A stretch of DNA of 64,000 bases. Origin: a virus. Shown here piece by piece: positions 29,811 to 38,825 of this stretch. The notes beneath the pieces were generated by a model, which had not been told where the DNA came from, did no database searches, and saw only the letters and a program-made list of their open reading frames with translations. The stretch is taken from the IMG/VR virus record IMGVR_UViG_3300043331_000919, positions 1-64,000 of that record; one strand, written 5' to 3'. The position numbers and the translations under genes were made by a program. Numbering within the stretch: position 1 is the first letter of the stretch; each line of letters starts with the position of its first letter.

Positions 29811-30247
29811 TGATCGACTACCCCCCCAACATGGAGCGTGAGTGGAGCGAGGAGGACGAGGCGACCTACCGTCGCGCCCTCTGGCTGAAGCGTGCCGTGG
29901 TGTTCTTGTGCGGCACCGTGGCGCTACTCAGCGTCGCCGTGGCCACAATCGTGACGGTCTCCATCCGGCTCGACCAGCTGGACAACACCGCGGCCATCGA
30001 GGCGTCGACCGTAGCGGCGGAGAACGCCAGGAAGACCGTCGAGCGCATCGAGGACTGCACCACCCCGGGGCAGAAGTGCTTCGAGGACGGGCAGCGCCGC
30101 GCCGGCGTCCTGGTGCAGAACCTCAGCGACGTGATCATCCTCGCCTCGGCCTGCGCCTCGAAGCCGTACGAGCAGACGCCAGCCCAGATCGAGGTCTGCG
30201 TGCGCCAGAAGCTGGCCGCTCAGATCGCGGCCCAGAAGCAGCGCTGA
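29810..30247 (+). CDS. Single-TM membrane protein (lysis accessory?)
   Basis: TM plus IEDCTTPGQKC disulfide-type motif. Confidence 0.6.
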   Translation: MIDYPPNMEREWSEEDEATYRRALWLKRAVVFLCGTVALLSVAVATIVTVSIRLDQLDNTAAIEASTVAAENARKTVERIEDCTTPGQKCFEDGQRRAGVLVQNLSDVIILASACASKPYEQTPAQIEVCVRQKLAAQIAAQKQR

Positions 30248-30423
30248 CTCACCTGGGTGGACTAGGTCACCGGGACCATCGGGACCAGTTCCGGCCTCAA
30301 CGGGCGTTCGCTCAACGACACGCCGAAAGGTCTTGAATCCGCCGGGTGACATGCGTGTAACGTCCCGTCTGCCGAACTGAGAACAGCGAATCTCAGTCAC
30401 ACCATCTCAGCAGCGGGGGATCA

Positions 30424-30624
30424 GTGAAGTATCTCGGGGACCGGACCGGGCATTACGACCACGGCCGGGGCACCGGCCTTGTGGGCAAGGTCGTCGGGCC
30501 GAACGTCAACGGCCAGTGGTTCGTCGTTGTCGGCGCCTCCTACGACGATGAGACCGACACGACGCACGTCGAGGTGGAGCCGATCCTCGACCCCGCCACC
30601 ATGCTCGACAGGAAGGCCCAGTGA
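30424..30624 (+). CDS. Hypothetical protein
   Basis: First ORF after the 30248-30423 promoter-like region. Confidence 0.6.
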   Translation: MKYLGDRTGHYDHGRGTGLVGKVVGPNVNGQWFVVVGASYDDETDTTHVEVEPILDPATMLDRKAQ

Positions 30625-31631
30625 CCTTGCAGCAGCTCGACGTCGACCTCGACTACGCCGAGGGGAACTACCTGAAGCCCAACGGGCTCGGTGGCTACAT
30701 CATCAGCGTCTCGGCCCTCCAGTCCTGGTCCCGCTGCCAGCTGCAGCGCTTCTACGAGCTCCGGGCCCGCCACGACCCCGAGGCGCCACAGGGGGACGTC
30801 CTGTCCGCCAGCGCCTACGGCAACGTCGTGCACTACGCCCTGCAGGCCATGGAGCTCGCCATGCACGAGGGCCGCGAGGACGCGCTGGAGGTCGGCCTGC
30901 GGACCTTCGAGCACTACTGGCACCCCGACAACATCACCGCGGTCACCCCGCGGATCACCGAGTGGCTCCCGCGGCAGACCTACGGCGGTCTCCGCGAGCG
31001 GGGCCGGCTCACCATCCGCGACCACCACTCGATGCTCCAGAGCGACAAGTCCTACGTGCTCGGCCTGGAGTACCCGTTCGCGGTCCCGATCGAGATCCGC
31101 GGCCGGGTGCACACCCTCCACGGCTTCGTCGACCGGCTCGCGATCCGGCAGCACTACCGCAAGCCCTACGTCAGCCTCGACGACAACAAGACCGGCAAGC
31201 AGCCGACCTTCCTGCGCTACCACATGCAGGGCACCGTCTACGGCTACGCCAGCACGCTCCCGGAGTTCTGGTGCGGCTGGCCCGAGTCCGGGCTCGGGGA
31301 GATGGAGCACTTCGACGAGGCCGAGGTCGAGCGGCTGGAGAAGCTGTTCGCCAGCTGGGACTTCCGACTCCACCGCGGCCTCCCCGGCGACGAGCCGCTC
31401 GCCTCGCGACGGTTCCGCTGGATCAACCTGCAGGAGATCAAGTTCGCCGACGGCGGCTGGCGCACCGAGCAGGACTACGCCCGCATGTTCCTCGGCGTCG
31501 ACGCCTACGTCCGGTCCAGCGAGGCCGGCATCTACTCCGTGAACACCACCGGCGAGGTCTGCCGCTACTGCTCGTTCCGCAAGGACTGTGGCGGCGTCGG
31601 CCTCCCCCACGAGACGGCGGGAGCCCCCTGA
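30621..31631 (+). CDS. Cas4/RecB-like PD-(D/E)XK exonuclease with Fe-S cysteines
   Basis: SVSALQSWSRC, GNVVH, GFVDRL, DNKTG, QGTVY, CRYCSFRKDC. Confidence 0.85.
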   Translation: MTLQQLDVDLDYAEGNYLKPNGLGGYIISVSALQSWSRCQLQRFYELRARHDPEAPQGDVLSASAYGNVVHYALQAMELAMHEGREDALEVGLRTFEHYWHPDNITAVTPRITEWLPRQTYGGLRERGRLTIRDHHSMLQSDKSYVLGLEYPFAVPIEIRGRVHTLHGFVDRLAIRQHYRKPYVSLDDNKTGKQPTFLRYHMQGTVYGYASTLPEFWCGWPESGLGEMEHFDEAEVERLEKLFASWDFRLHRGLPGDEPLASRRFRWINLQEIKFADGGWRTEQDYARMFLGVDAYVRSSEAGIYSVNTTGEVCRYCSFRKDCGGVGLPHETAGAP

Positions 31632-31634
31632 GCC

Positions 31635-31955
31635 ATGTACCACGGACAGCAGCCTGAGCACGTCGACGTCGACGTCTACCTCCTCGTCGAGCCCCGCTGG
31701 GCCGACACCCGCTACTCCCGGGGCAGCGACGCCCAGGGGCGGCCAGTCCTCGAAGGGGGCAAGGTCGTCAAGGCCACACAGAGTCGCCCCACCGTAGGGA
31801 AGGCCGGTGGGGTGATCGCCAAGGTCACCATGCGCATCGACGCCGGATGCTTCCTCCCGCTGCAGCCGGAGGCCGTCATCCACATCCACCCGGGCAACGC
31901 CGAGACCATCGAGGTCGAGGCCATCGACCCCCGCATCGACGAGCCGGAGGTGTAG
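31635..31955 (+). CDS. Hypothetical protein
   Basis: ORF with good codon usage inside the operon. Confidence 0.6.
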   Translation: MYHGQQPEHVDVDVYLLVEPRWADTRYSRGSDAQGRPVLEGGKVVKATQSRPTVGKAGGVIAKVTMRIDAGCFLPLQPEAVIHIHPGNAETIEVEAIDPRIDEPEV

Positions 31956-31960
31956 GCGGC

Positions 31961-33004
31961 GTGGATCTCTCCTCTCGGGACGTGGCTGAGTCATGGCTCG
32001 ACGCTCCCGTCGCAACGGGCGTTGTCGACCTGCAGTCGACCGGTCTCGTCGCCACCGATCAGGACGTCGCGAGGCTCTCGCGGCCCCAGCGCGAGGACCG
32101 CGTCACGCGCCTGCTGGAGGTCAGCCACCAGCTGGTCGACTACGCGATCCGGGAGCACATCACCGACGCCGGCAAGACCCACGTCGGCACCGCGGTGCTC
32201 TACTCCGGCGGCAACGACTCCACGACCCTCGCCCACATTTTCCGGCAGCGCGCCACCCACGCGATCCACGCCAACACCGGCATCGGCGTCGAGGCCACCC
32301 GCGAGTTCGTCCGCGAGACCTGCGACCTGTGGGGTCTGCCGCTGATCGAGAAGCACCCGCCGACGTCGTTCCGCGACCTCGTGCTCGACCAGGGCTTCCC
32401 CGGTCCGGCGCACCACTACAAGATGTACCAGCGCCTGAAGGAGCGGTGCCTCCGTCAGGCCCGCCGCGACCTGGTTGCGAACGGTCGGAAGCAGCGGGTC
32501 GTGTTCCTCGCTGGCCGCCGACGGGAGGAGTCCGCCCGGCGCGCCAGCGTCCCCGAGATGGAGCGCGACGGCGCTGTCGTCTGGGTCTCGCCGCTGGTGC
32601 TGTGGACCAAGCTCGACCTGAACACCTACCGCCTGATGATGCAGGCCGTCGGTGACGACGTGCCGCGCAACAAGGTCTCCGACCTGATCCACATGAGCGG
32701 CGAGTGCCTGTGCGGCTCGTTCGCTCACGCCGGAGAGCTGGAGGAGATCGGTGAGTGGTTCCCGGAGGTTCGCGCGGAGATCGAGGCGCTGGAGGCCGAG
32801 GTGCTCGCCACCGGCAAGCATCCGGAGTGGCGCTGTCGCTGGGGCTGGGGCGCCGACAAGGACGTCATCCAGAAGCTGCGCAAGCAGGGCATGCCGGACG
32901 CCGAGATCGCGGCGCTGTTCGAGCGCTCCACGTCGGGCCCGCTCTGCTCGTCCTGCGACTCCCGGGCGGACGGCGGCACGGTGATCTCGGGAGGGGGCTC
33001 CTGA
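31961..33004 (+). CDS. PAPS-reductase-like PP-loop protein with N-terminal WLD tag
   Basis: YSGGNDS PP-loop, NTG, GRRREESARR, SPL, SGECLC. Confidence 0.8.
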   Translation: MDLSSRDVAESWLDAPVATGVVDLQSTGLVATDQDVARLSRPQREDRVTRLLEVSHQLVDYAIREHITDAGKTHVGTAVLYSGGNDSTTLAHIFRQRATHAIHANTGIGVEATREFVRETCDLWGLPLIEKHPPTSFRDLVLDQGFPGPAHHYKMYQRLKERCLRQARRDLVANGRKQRVVFLAGRRREESARRASVPEMERDGAVVWVSPLVLWTKLDLNTYRLMMQAVGDDVPRNKVSDLIHMSGECLCGSFAHAGELEEIGEWFPEVRAEIEALEAEVLATGKHPEWRCRWGWGADKDVIQKLRKQGMPDAEIAALFERSTSGPLCSSCDSRADGGTVISGGGS

Positions 33005-33867
33005 TGGTGGACCTGACCTCTCGGGCCGCGGTCGAGTCATGGCTCGATCACCCCTCGCCAACGGTCGTTGTCATGTACTCGGGCGGCAAGGGCTCCTGGG
33101 CCGCTGCTCGCCACGTCCGCGACATCTGGGGCATCCCGGCCGACCAGATGAAGCTGCTGTTCACCGACACCAACGGCGAGGACCCCGACCTCTACCGGTT
33201 CCTGCAGGAGTCCGCTGACGACATCGGTGCCGAGCTGATCGTGCTCGACAACGACGGGCGGACGATCTGGGACGTCTTCCGCAAGCAGCGCATGATCGGC
33301 AACACCCGGCTCAGCGTCTGCTCGCGGGTGCTGAAGCAGGAGCCGGCCCGGCGGTGGCTCGAAGCCAACACCGACCCGGACCGCACCGGCGTGATCGTGG
33401 GCATCGACTGGACCGAGACGCACCGACTGCCGGCGATCGAGCGGAACTACCTGCCGTGGACCGCGCTCGCGCCGCTCTGCGAGCCCGGAGCGTGGTCGAA
33501 GGACCGGATCTCCAAGGAACTCGCTGCCGTCGGCATCGCGGAGCCGCGGCTGTACGCCATGGGCTTCCCGCACAACAACTGCGCCGGCGCCTGCGTTCGC
33601 GGCGGGCAGGGCCAGTGGGCGCTGCTGCTCCAGCACAACCCCGAGCGGTACGCCCAGGAGGAGGCGGAGGAGAACCGGTTCCGCGAGGAGACCGGCAAGG
33701 ACGTCGCGATCCTGCGAGATCGCCGCGGGGGCACCACCAAGCCCCTCACCCTCACTGCGCTGCGTAAGCGCATCGAGGGTGAGGGCGAGGTCGACATGGA
33801 TGACCTCGGTGGTTGCGGGTGCATGACCGACCTCACGAGTGAGGAGCAGGCACGAGCCCCCGGATGA
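33004..33867 (+). CDS. Second PAPS-reductase-like PP-loop protein with N-terminal WLD tag
   Basis: YSGGKGS, FTDT..ED, CSRVLK, GFPHNNCAGACV, GGCGC. Confidence 0.78.
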   Translation: MVDLTSRAAVESWLDHPSPTVVVMYSGGKGSWAAARHVRDIWGIPADQMKLLFTDTNGEDPDLYRFLQESADDIGAELIVLDNDGRTIWDVFRKQRMIGNTRLSVCSRVLKQEPARRWLEANTDPDRTGVIVGIDWTETHRLPAIERNYLPWTALAPLCEPGAWSKDRISKELAAVGIAEPRLYAMGFPHNNCAGACVRGGQGQWALLLQHNPERYAQEEAEENRFREETGKDVAILRDRRGGTTKPLTLTALRKRIEGEGEVDMDDLGGCGCMTDLTSEEQARAPG

Positions 33868-33974
33868 CCGCTGCATGAACGACGACGTTCCACGATCGTC
33901 ACGCCCAGCACCAGACCTACCGACCGGTATACCCAACATTGGGTAGGCCGACACCCACCAGAGAGAAGGAACCA

Positions 33975-35483
33975 GTGGCCCCACTGCTGATCAAGACGAC
34001 CGGGCTCGACGAGTACCTCGACCCGACCGGCGAGGCCTACATCAAGATGCTGCTGATGGGCGAGCCCGGGTCGGGGAAGACCCCCTCGGCCGCCTGCTGG
34101 CCGAAGCCGATCTTCGCTGACTGCGAGAACGGCCTGGCGTCGATCGCCCGACAGAAGGTGCCGTACGCCAGCATCCAGACCTCCCACGACATGGAGGCGT
34201 TCCTCGACCACCTGCGCCGCGACAGCCTGATGCCGGCCGAGCGCCGCAAGTACAAGACGGTCGTGATCGACACCATCGACTCCTACCAGCGCAAGCTCAT
34301 CGAGCAGCGCAAGCGGGAGGAGCGGAAGGACAGCATCAGCGGCTGGGCCGACTGGGGTTGGCTCGACGGCAAGATGGTCCAGCTCATCGAGGGCCTGATC
34401 AACCTCCGCATGAACGTCATCGTGAACATGCACGTCAAGGACTTCGAGGAGTCCGAGGGCGAGGGCGACAGCAAGAACACCACCCTGGTGAAGAAGGCCA
34501 AGCTGAAGGGCGACATCAAGGACTCGATCTGGCAGGACTTCGACCTCATTGGCCTGATGGAGAAGACCTACGTCGCTGAGAATGGCGAGCGGGTCCAGAA
34601 GCGCCACATCCGCTGGCACTCCGAGCCGAAGTACCCGAACCTGCGGGACCGGTTCAACGTGCTCCCTCGCTTCACCGACGTCGACTTCACCGAGCGGGAC
34701 TACCTGCAGATCTTCGAGGCGATCGCCAACAGCCTCGACGAGATCCCGGAGTCGGGCGTCGCCGAGGAGATCGAGACCCAGGAGGATCCCGAGCCGGCGC
34801 CCGCGGACGCCAAGGGCGGTCCGGTCGACTCGCCGAAGCTCCCGCCCAAGAAGACCACGAAGAAGGCGGCTGCGAAGAAGGCGGCCCCGGCGAAGAAGCC
34901 GGAGCCCGAGCCGGAGCCCGAGAAGGCCCCGGAGCCGGCAACGCCCGTCGCCGAGGAGCCCGCGGGGCCGGCCAGGGCCGAGGAGGCGCCGACAACGGAC
35001 GTTCCGACCGAGGAGCCTGCGGCCCAGCCCGAGCCCACCGAGGACCCCGAGACGCTCCTCACGGAGCAGCTGGGCGCGGAGAAGATCGAGGAGCAGGTCA
35101 ACGGCCGCGGGACCGCCGAGGAGCCCGTCACGCTCCCCGAGGGCCTGGCCATGGCCCAGGAGTCCAAGGCGCTGGAGGCCCTCGACCACGTCCACATGCC
35201 CGACGGCACCTGCCGGAAGAACACCTTCGGTGGGAAGTGCGGCACCGACGAGGGCAAGGTCACCGCCACTGCTCCGGCCAGCGACGAGGGCATGGCCGCT
35301 CCGGAGCGCAAGGCGGGAGCCAAGCACTGCGGTGACCAGCCCGCCACCATGGCCGGCAAGTACGCCCCGGCCCCGGGCTGCGGGGCCGAGCTCTCCGCGG
35401 CCAACGGCTCGCGAGCCCAGATCGCGATGCTCCGCCTGAAGACCTTCCTCTGCGACGACTGCCACGCGGCAGCGTCCGCCTGA
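33975..35483 (+). CDS. Sak4-like AAA ATPase (recombinase) with long low-complexity and Cys/His C-terminal extension
   Basis: GEPGSGKT Walker A, DCENG, VVIDTID; lies between the exonuclease and SSB. Confidence 0.75.
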   Translation: MAPLLIKTTGLDEYLDPTGEAYIKMLLMGEPGSGKTPSAACWPKPIFADCENGLASIARQKVPYASIQTSHDMEAFLDHLRRDSLMPAERRKYKTVVIDTIDSYQRKLIEQRKREERKDSISGWADWGWLDGKMVQLIEGLINLRMNVIVNMHVKDFEESEGEGDSKNTTLVKKAKLKGDIKDSIWQDFDLIGLMEKTYVAENGERVQKRHIRWHSEPKYPNLRDRFNVLPRFTDVDFTERDYLQIFEAIANSLDEIPESGVAEEIETQEDPEPAPADAKGGPVDSPKLPPKKTTKKAAAKKAAPAKKPEPEPEPEKAPEPATPVAEEPAGPARAEEAPTTDVPTEEPAAQPEPTEDPETLLTEQLGAEKIEEQVNGRGTAEEPVTLPEGLAMAQESKALEALDHVHMPDGTCRKNTFGGKCGTDEGKVTATAPASDEGMAAPERKAGAKHCGDQPATMAGKYAPAPGCGAELSAANGSRAQIAMLRLKTFLCDDCHAAASA

Positions 35484-35511
35484 CCCTCACCACCACCAAG
35501 AAAGGAACACC

Positions 35512-35943
35512 ATGCCCAAGGACACCATGTCCCACGAGGACGAGTGGAAGCTCCCCAAGGACGTCCCGCTCCCCGCCGAGCTCACTGCTGTCAGCGTGCG
35601 CGAGATCCCGTACGTGAAGGACGGGGAGAAGAAGACCTTCACCAAGTGGGAGTGGGAGTTCAAGATCACCGAGGGCGAGTACGCCGGCCTGCGGGCCTGG
35701 GGTGACACCGACCCGCGGCTGACCAACCACCCCGACAACAAGGTCCGGCAGTGGGCGGAGACGCTCCGCGGCCGGGAGTTCGAGATGGGTGAGGGGCTCG
35801 ACACCGACGACCTGCTCGGCCTGCCCTGCACGATCGTCGTGGACAACACGATCCACACGAAGAAGGCCACCGGCGAGAAGTCCTACATCTGCCCGGTGGT
35901 GGACGTCCTCCCGTCCGGCATCGACAGCGAGCCGCCCTTCTGA
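35512..35943 (+). CDS. Single-stranded DNA-binding protein (phage type)
   Basis: OB-like beta pattern, acidic C-terminal DSEPPF tail, follows the Sak4-like gene. Confidence 0.65.
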   Translation: MPKDTMSHEDEWKLPKDVPLPAELTAVSVREIPYVKDGEKKTFTKWEWEFKITEGEYAGLRAWGDTDPRLTNHPDNKVRQWAETLRGREFEMGEGLDTDDLLGLPCTIVVDNTIHTKKATGEKSYICPVVDVLPSGIDSEPPF

Positions 35944-35956
35944 TCGACCTCTCCTA

Positions 35957-36010
35957 GCGCTGCATGTGGCCGCCCCTCGGGGGGCTCCGGGTTCGACTCC
36001 CGGCAGCGCA
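35957..36010 (+). ncRNA. tRNA-like minimal element (acceptor stem plus T-arm, no anticodon arm)
   Basis: GCGCTG/CAGCGC stem, CCGGG-TTCGACT-CCCGG T-arm, internal GCCCC-TCGG-GGGGC hairpin. Confidence 0.5.
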
Positions 36011-36050
36011 CAGCGTCAGCCATGCCTACTCACAGAAACGGGAACGTGCG

Positions 36051-38009
36051 TTGATCGACGAACTTGATCTGGTCGCCTACCTGACCAGCAAGGGTCTGCA
36101 GGTCCACCGGGCCGCGGGCAACGAGGTCACGGTGCACTGCATCTTCTGCGCCGACGGCGACCCGAAGGGCAAGGGCAAGCTCTACCTGAACACCGAGTCC
36201 TGGCTCTGGGACTGCAAGCGCTGCGGCGCCACCGGGAACCGGAAGGTGTTGCTGGAGCACTTCGGCGACGAGGACGCGATCCAGCACGCCGCCGGCAGCG
36301 ATCCGATGCTGAAGCGCCGCCTGCTCACCGAGGCCGCCGAGCTCGCTCACGAGATGCTGCTCGCCAACGAGAAGAAGCTCTCCTACCTGCTCGACCGCGG
36401 CATCCACCCCGACCTGATCATCAGCCAGAAGCTGGGGTACGTCCCGAAGAACGTCGGCCTCTCCGAGATGCTGCCGAGCCGCTCCAGCCTGAAGGGGTAC
36501 GTCGACCTGCAGGCGGCCGGGCTCATCACCCTCGGCGGCCGGGAGTTCTTCAGCGACTCGATCACGATCCCGTACTTCTCGCACGGCACGGTCATCCAGA
36601 TCCGCGAGAAGAACATCGACGGCAAGTACCGGACCACCGGCGGCGACGTCGCCCGGCTCTACAACGGCGACGCCCTGTTCGGCGCGGACCGGGTGCTCAT
36701 CACCGAGGGCGAGTTCGACTCCCTGGCGGTGCGCTCGCAGATCATCGAGTCCGGTGACCGCTGGTTCGAGGGCCTCGCCGTGGTCGGCCTGCCGGGCGCC
36801 GGCTCCTGGCCCGATGGCTTCGTCGAGATGCTCGGGCAGGCCCGGAAGGTCTTCATCGGCCTGGACCCCGACGACACCGGCGAGAAGTTCGCGAAGAAGC
36901 TGAAGGAGGAGGTCGGCAACCGGGCCCGGATCGTCAACCTCCCCGGCGGCGAGCCGAAGACGGACTGGACTGACTACTTCCTGCCGCGCACGGCGAAGAA
37001 CCCGAACGGCGGCCACGACTGGCGGGACCTGAAGTCGCTGCTGATCGAGGCCGACCTCGCCGGCAAGCAGCTGTTCAACATCGCCGACATCTCCACGAAG
37101 TGGCAGCGCCACCGGAAGCTGGCGCCCGGCCTGAAGCTCGGGTGGCCGTCGCTCGACACCGTGATCCGTCCCGGCCTGCGGCCCGGCCAGGTGATGATCC
37201 CGCTCGCCAAGTCCGGCACCGGCAAGACGGTCTTCCTCTCGAACATCGCCCACAACCTGCACAAGCACCGCGTGCTCTACGTGTCGCTGGAGATGACCGC
37301 GGCCGAGGTCTACGAGCACCTGCGCCGGATCCACCACTTCTGGAACCCGGCCGCCGGCCACGACCAGCTGCTGGAGGACTACGAGCGCCTGCACGTCGTG
37401 GAGCGCAACCGAGTGGGCCGTGGCGACCTCGGGGACTTCGTGAACGAGTACGCCGAGCTGGTCGGCGACGCGCCCGAGGTCATCATCGTCGACTACCTGC
37501 AGTACTACGCCCGGGCGTTCCGGGGCGGCACGCCGTACGAGCGCGCCAGTGACGCGGTGATGGAGCTGAAGGCGGTCGGCAAGGACGCCGCCTGCTCGCT
37601 GATCGTTCCCTCGCAGGTGAACCGGGGCGCCGAGCACGGCAAGCCGATCTCCGCGGACGACGCCCGAGACTCCGGTGTGGTCGAGGAGACCGGCGACTTC
37701 CTGATCTCGCTGTTCCGGCCCGACCAGGTCGTGGACAAGCAGTCGGCCACCGGCGAGCTCCCGATGCAGACCGGCGACTTCCGCGGCCAGATCCTGAAGT
37801 CCCGACACGGCGGCAAGGGCCGCACCTTCTCGTTCAAGATGTCGCTGCTCTCGCTCGCGATCGTCGACTCCAGCCCGCTCGGTGACCGGATCGCCTCCAG
37901 CAAGGTCGACCAGGAGAACAGCCTCTACCGGCAGGGCATCCACTACGAGGACTACCGCCGCGAGCAGCTCAACGACGCCTCCGCGGTGCCGCTCTGGGAG
38001 GGCGCATGA
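36051..38009 (+). CDS. DNA primase-helicase (Zn finger, TOPRIM, DnaB-like helicase)
   Basis: HCIFC...DCKRC, ITEGEFD, LDPDDTG, AKSGTGKT, IIVDYLQ, SQVNR, KSRHG. Confidence 0.9.
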   Translation: MIDELDLVAYLTSKGLQVHRAAGNEVTVHCIFCADGDPKGKGKLYLNTESWLWDCKRCGATGNRKVLLEHFGDEDAIQHAAGSDPMLKRRLLTEAAELAHEMLLANEKKLSYLLDRGIHPDLIISQKLGYVPKNVGLSEMLPSRSSLKGYVDLQAAGLITLGGREFFSDSITIPYFSHGTVIQIREKNIDGKYRTTGGDVARLYNGDALFGADRVLITEGEFDSLAVRSQIIESGDRWFEGLAVVGLPGAGSWPDGFVEMLGQARKVFIGLDPDDTGEKFAKKLKEEVGNRARIVNLPGGEPKTDWTDYFLPRTAKNPNGGHDWRDLKSLLIEADLAGKQLFNIADISTKWQRHRKLAPGLKLGWPSLDTVIRPGLRPGQVMIPLAKSGTGKTVFLSNIAHNLHKHRVLYVSLEMTAAEVYEHLRRIHHFWNPAAGHDQLLEDYERLHVVERNRVGRGDLGDFVNEYAELVGDAPEVIIVDYLQYYARAFRGGTPYERASDAVMELKAVGKDAACSLIVPSQVNRGAEHGKPISADDARDSGVVEETGDFLISLFRPDQVVDKQSATGELPMQTGDFRGQILKSRHGGKGRTFSFKMSLLSLAIVDSSPLGDRIASSKVDQENSLYRQGIHYEDYRREQLNDASAVPLWEGA

Positions 38010-38224
38010 AGACGAAGGCCACCACCCGCCCGTGGCTCAGCGGCCACTGCAACCCGTCGAACCCTGCGCACATCCACCTGCAGTGCCGGGGCTCCGCCGC
38101 GGGCCTGACGGCAACGCTCGTTTGTGCCTGCGCCTGCCACCTGGCCAGGGCCGCCGAGCCCACGCTAACGCCCGTTCCCGCATCGGAGCGGATCGAACAG
38201 ATGTTCGCGGAGGGGTCGTGGTGA
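38006..38224 (+). CDS. Small Cys/His-rich protein
   Basis: SGHC...C...CACACH; ATGA overlap. Confidence 0.55.
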   Translation: MKTKATTRPWLSGHCNPSNPAHIHLQCRGSAAGLTATLVCACACHLARAAEPTLTPVPASERIEQMFAEGSW

Positions 38225-38640
38225 CTGAGCAGCCGAAGACGGAGGCCGCCCTCTACGACCTGCTCCAGCAGCGGTTCGGGATCGGCTCCTGGGACGAGGC
38301 CACCGCCAAGGTGCCCTTCTACCGGGCGCGCATGACCGAGATCTCCAAGCTGAAGGCGATGATGAAGCGCCGCCGGGTGCGCATCGAGGAGATCGTGCTG
38401 GCCGCCGACTACGCCTCGGCCCGCCAGATCCCGATCCGCGAGACCTGGCAGATCTTCGAGCTCGTCCCTGACGCGCTGAAGGACCAGCGCATGAACGGTC
38501 GCGCGGACATCGAGGAGCGGCTCCAGAAGGCCGCGGAGGAGGCGATGGCGCTCGGACGCCAGGACTGGGCCGTGCGCCTCTACAACACCGACCGACGGTC
38601 CGGAGAGGCCGTCCTTGCCGAGTGGGAGCAGCAGCGATGA
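38221..38640 (+). CDS. Hypothetical protein
   Basis: GTGA overlap; good codon usage. Confidence 0.65.
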   Translation: MTEQPKTEAALYDLLQQRFGIGSWDEATAKVPFYRARMTEISKLKAMMKRRRVRIEEIVLAADYASARQIPIRETWQIFELVPDALKDQRMNGRADIEERLQKAAEEAMALGRQDWAVRLYNTDRRSGEAVLAEWEQQR

Positions 38641-38825
38641 GCGACACCAGCATGTTCGAGGAGCAGCGGGCGGCAGCCGCGGAGTTCATCCGCAAGGTGG
38701 CCGGCACCCACCCGACGCTGCGCGCGGCGTACGACGATGCGAAGAAGCGGGCCCGCAAGCGGCCGATCCTGCGCGAGCGGGTCTACTACGCCGGCTGGCT
38801 GCTCGGCTTCGAGGAGAAGTCCTGA
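38637..38825 (+). CDS. Hypothetical protein
   Basis: ATGA overlap. Confidence 0.55.
   Translation: MSDTSMFEEQRAAAAEFIRKVAGTHPTLRAAYDDAKKRARKRPILRERVYYAGWLLGFEEKS

Noticed and set aside
30621-31631. Cas4-like nuclease as evidence of a CRISPR system
   Set aside because: No repeat-spacer array or other cas genes; it sits with Sak4 and SSB as a typical phage recombination exonuclease.
35957-36010. A canonical tRNA gene
   Set aside because: Only about 54 nt with no D-arm or anticodon loop; reported as tRNA-like instead.
5217-37943. Long antisense ORFs (e.g. 5217..7031, 7032..8696, 17144..19396, 26261..28405, 33447..35465, 36030..37943)
   Set aside because: Shadow ORFs expected opposite high-GC genes with strong codon bias; no recognisable motifs.
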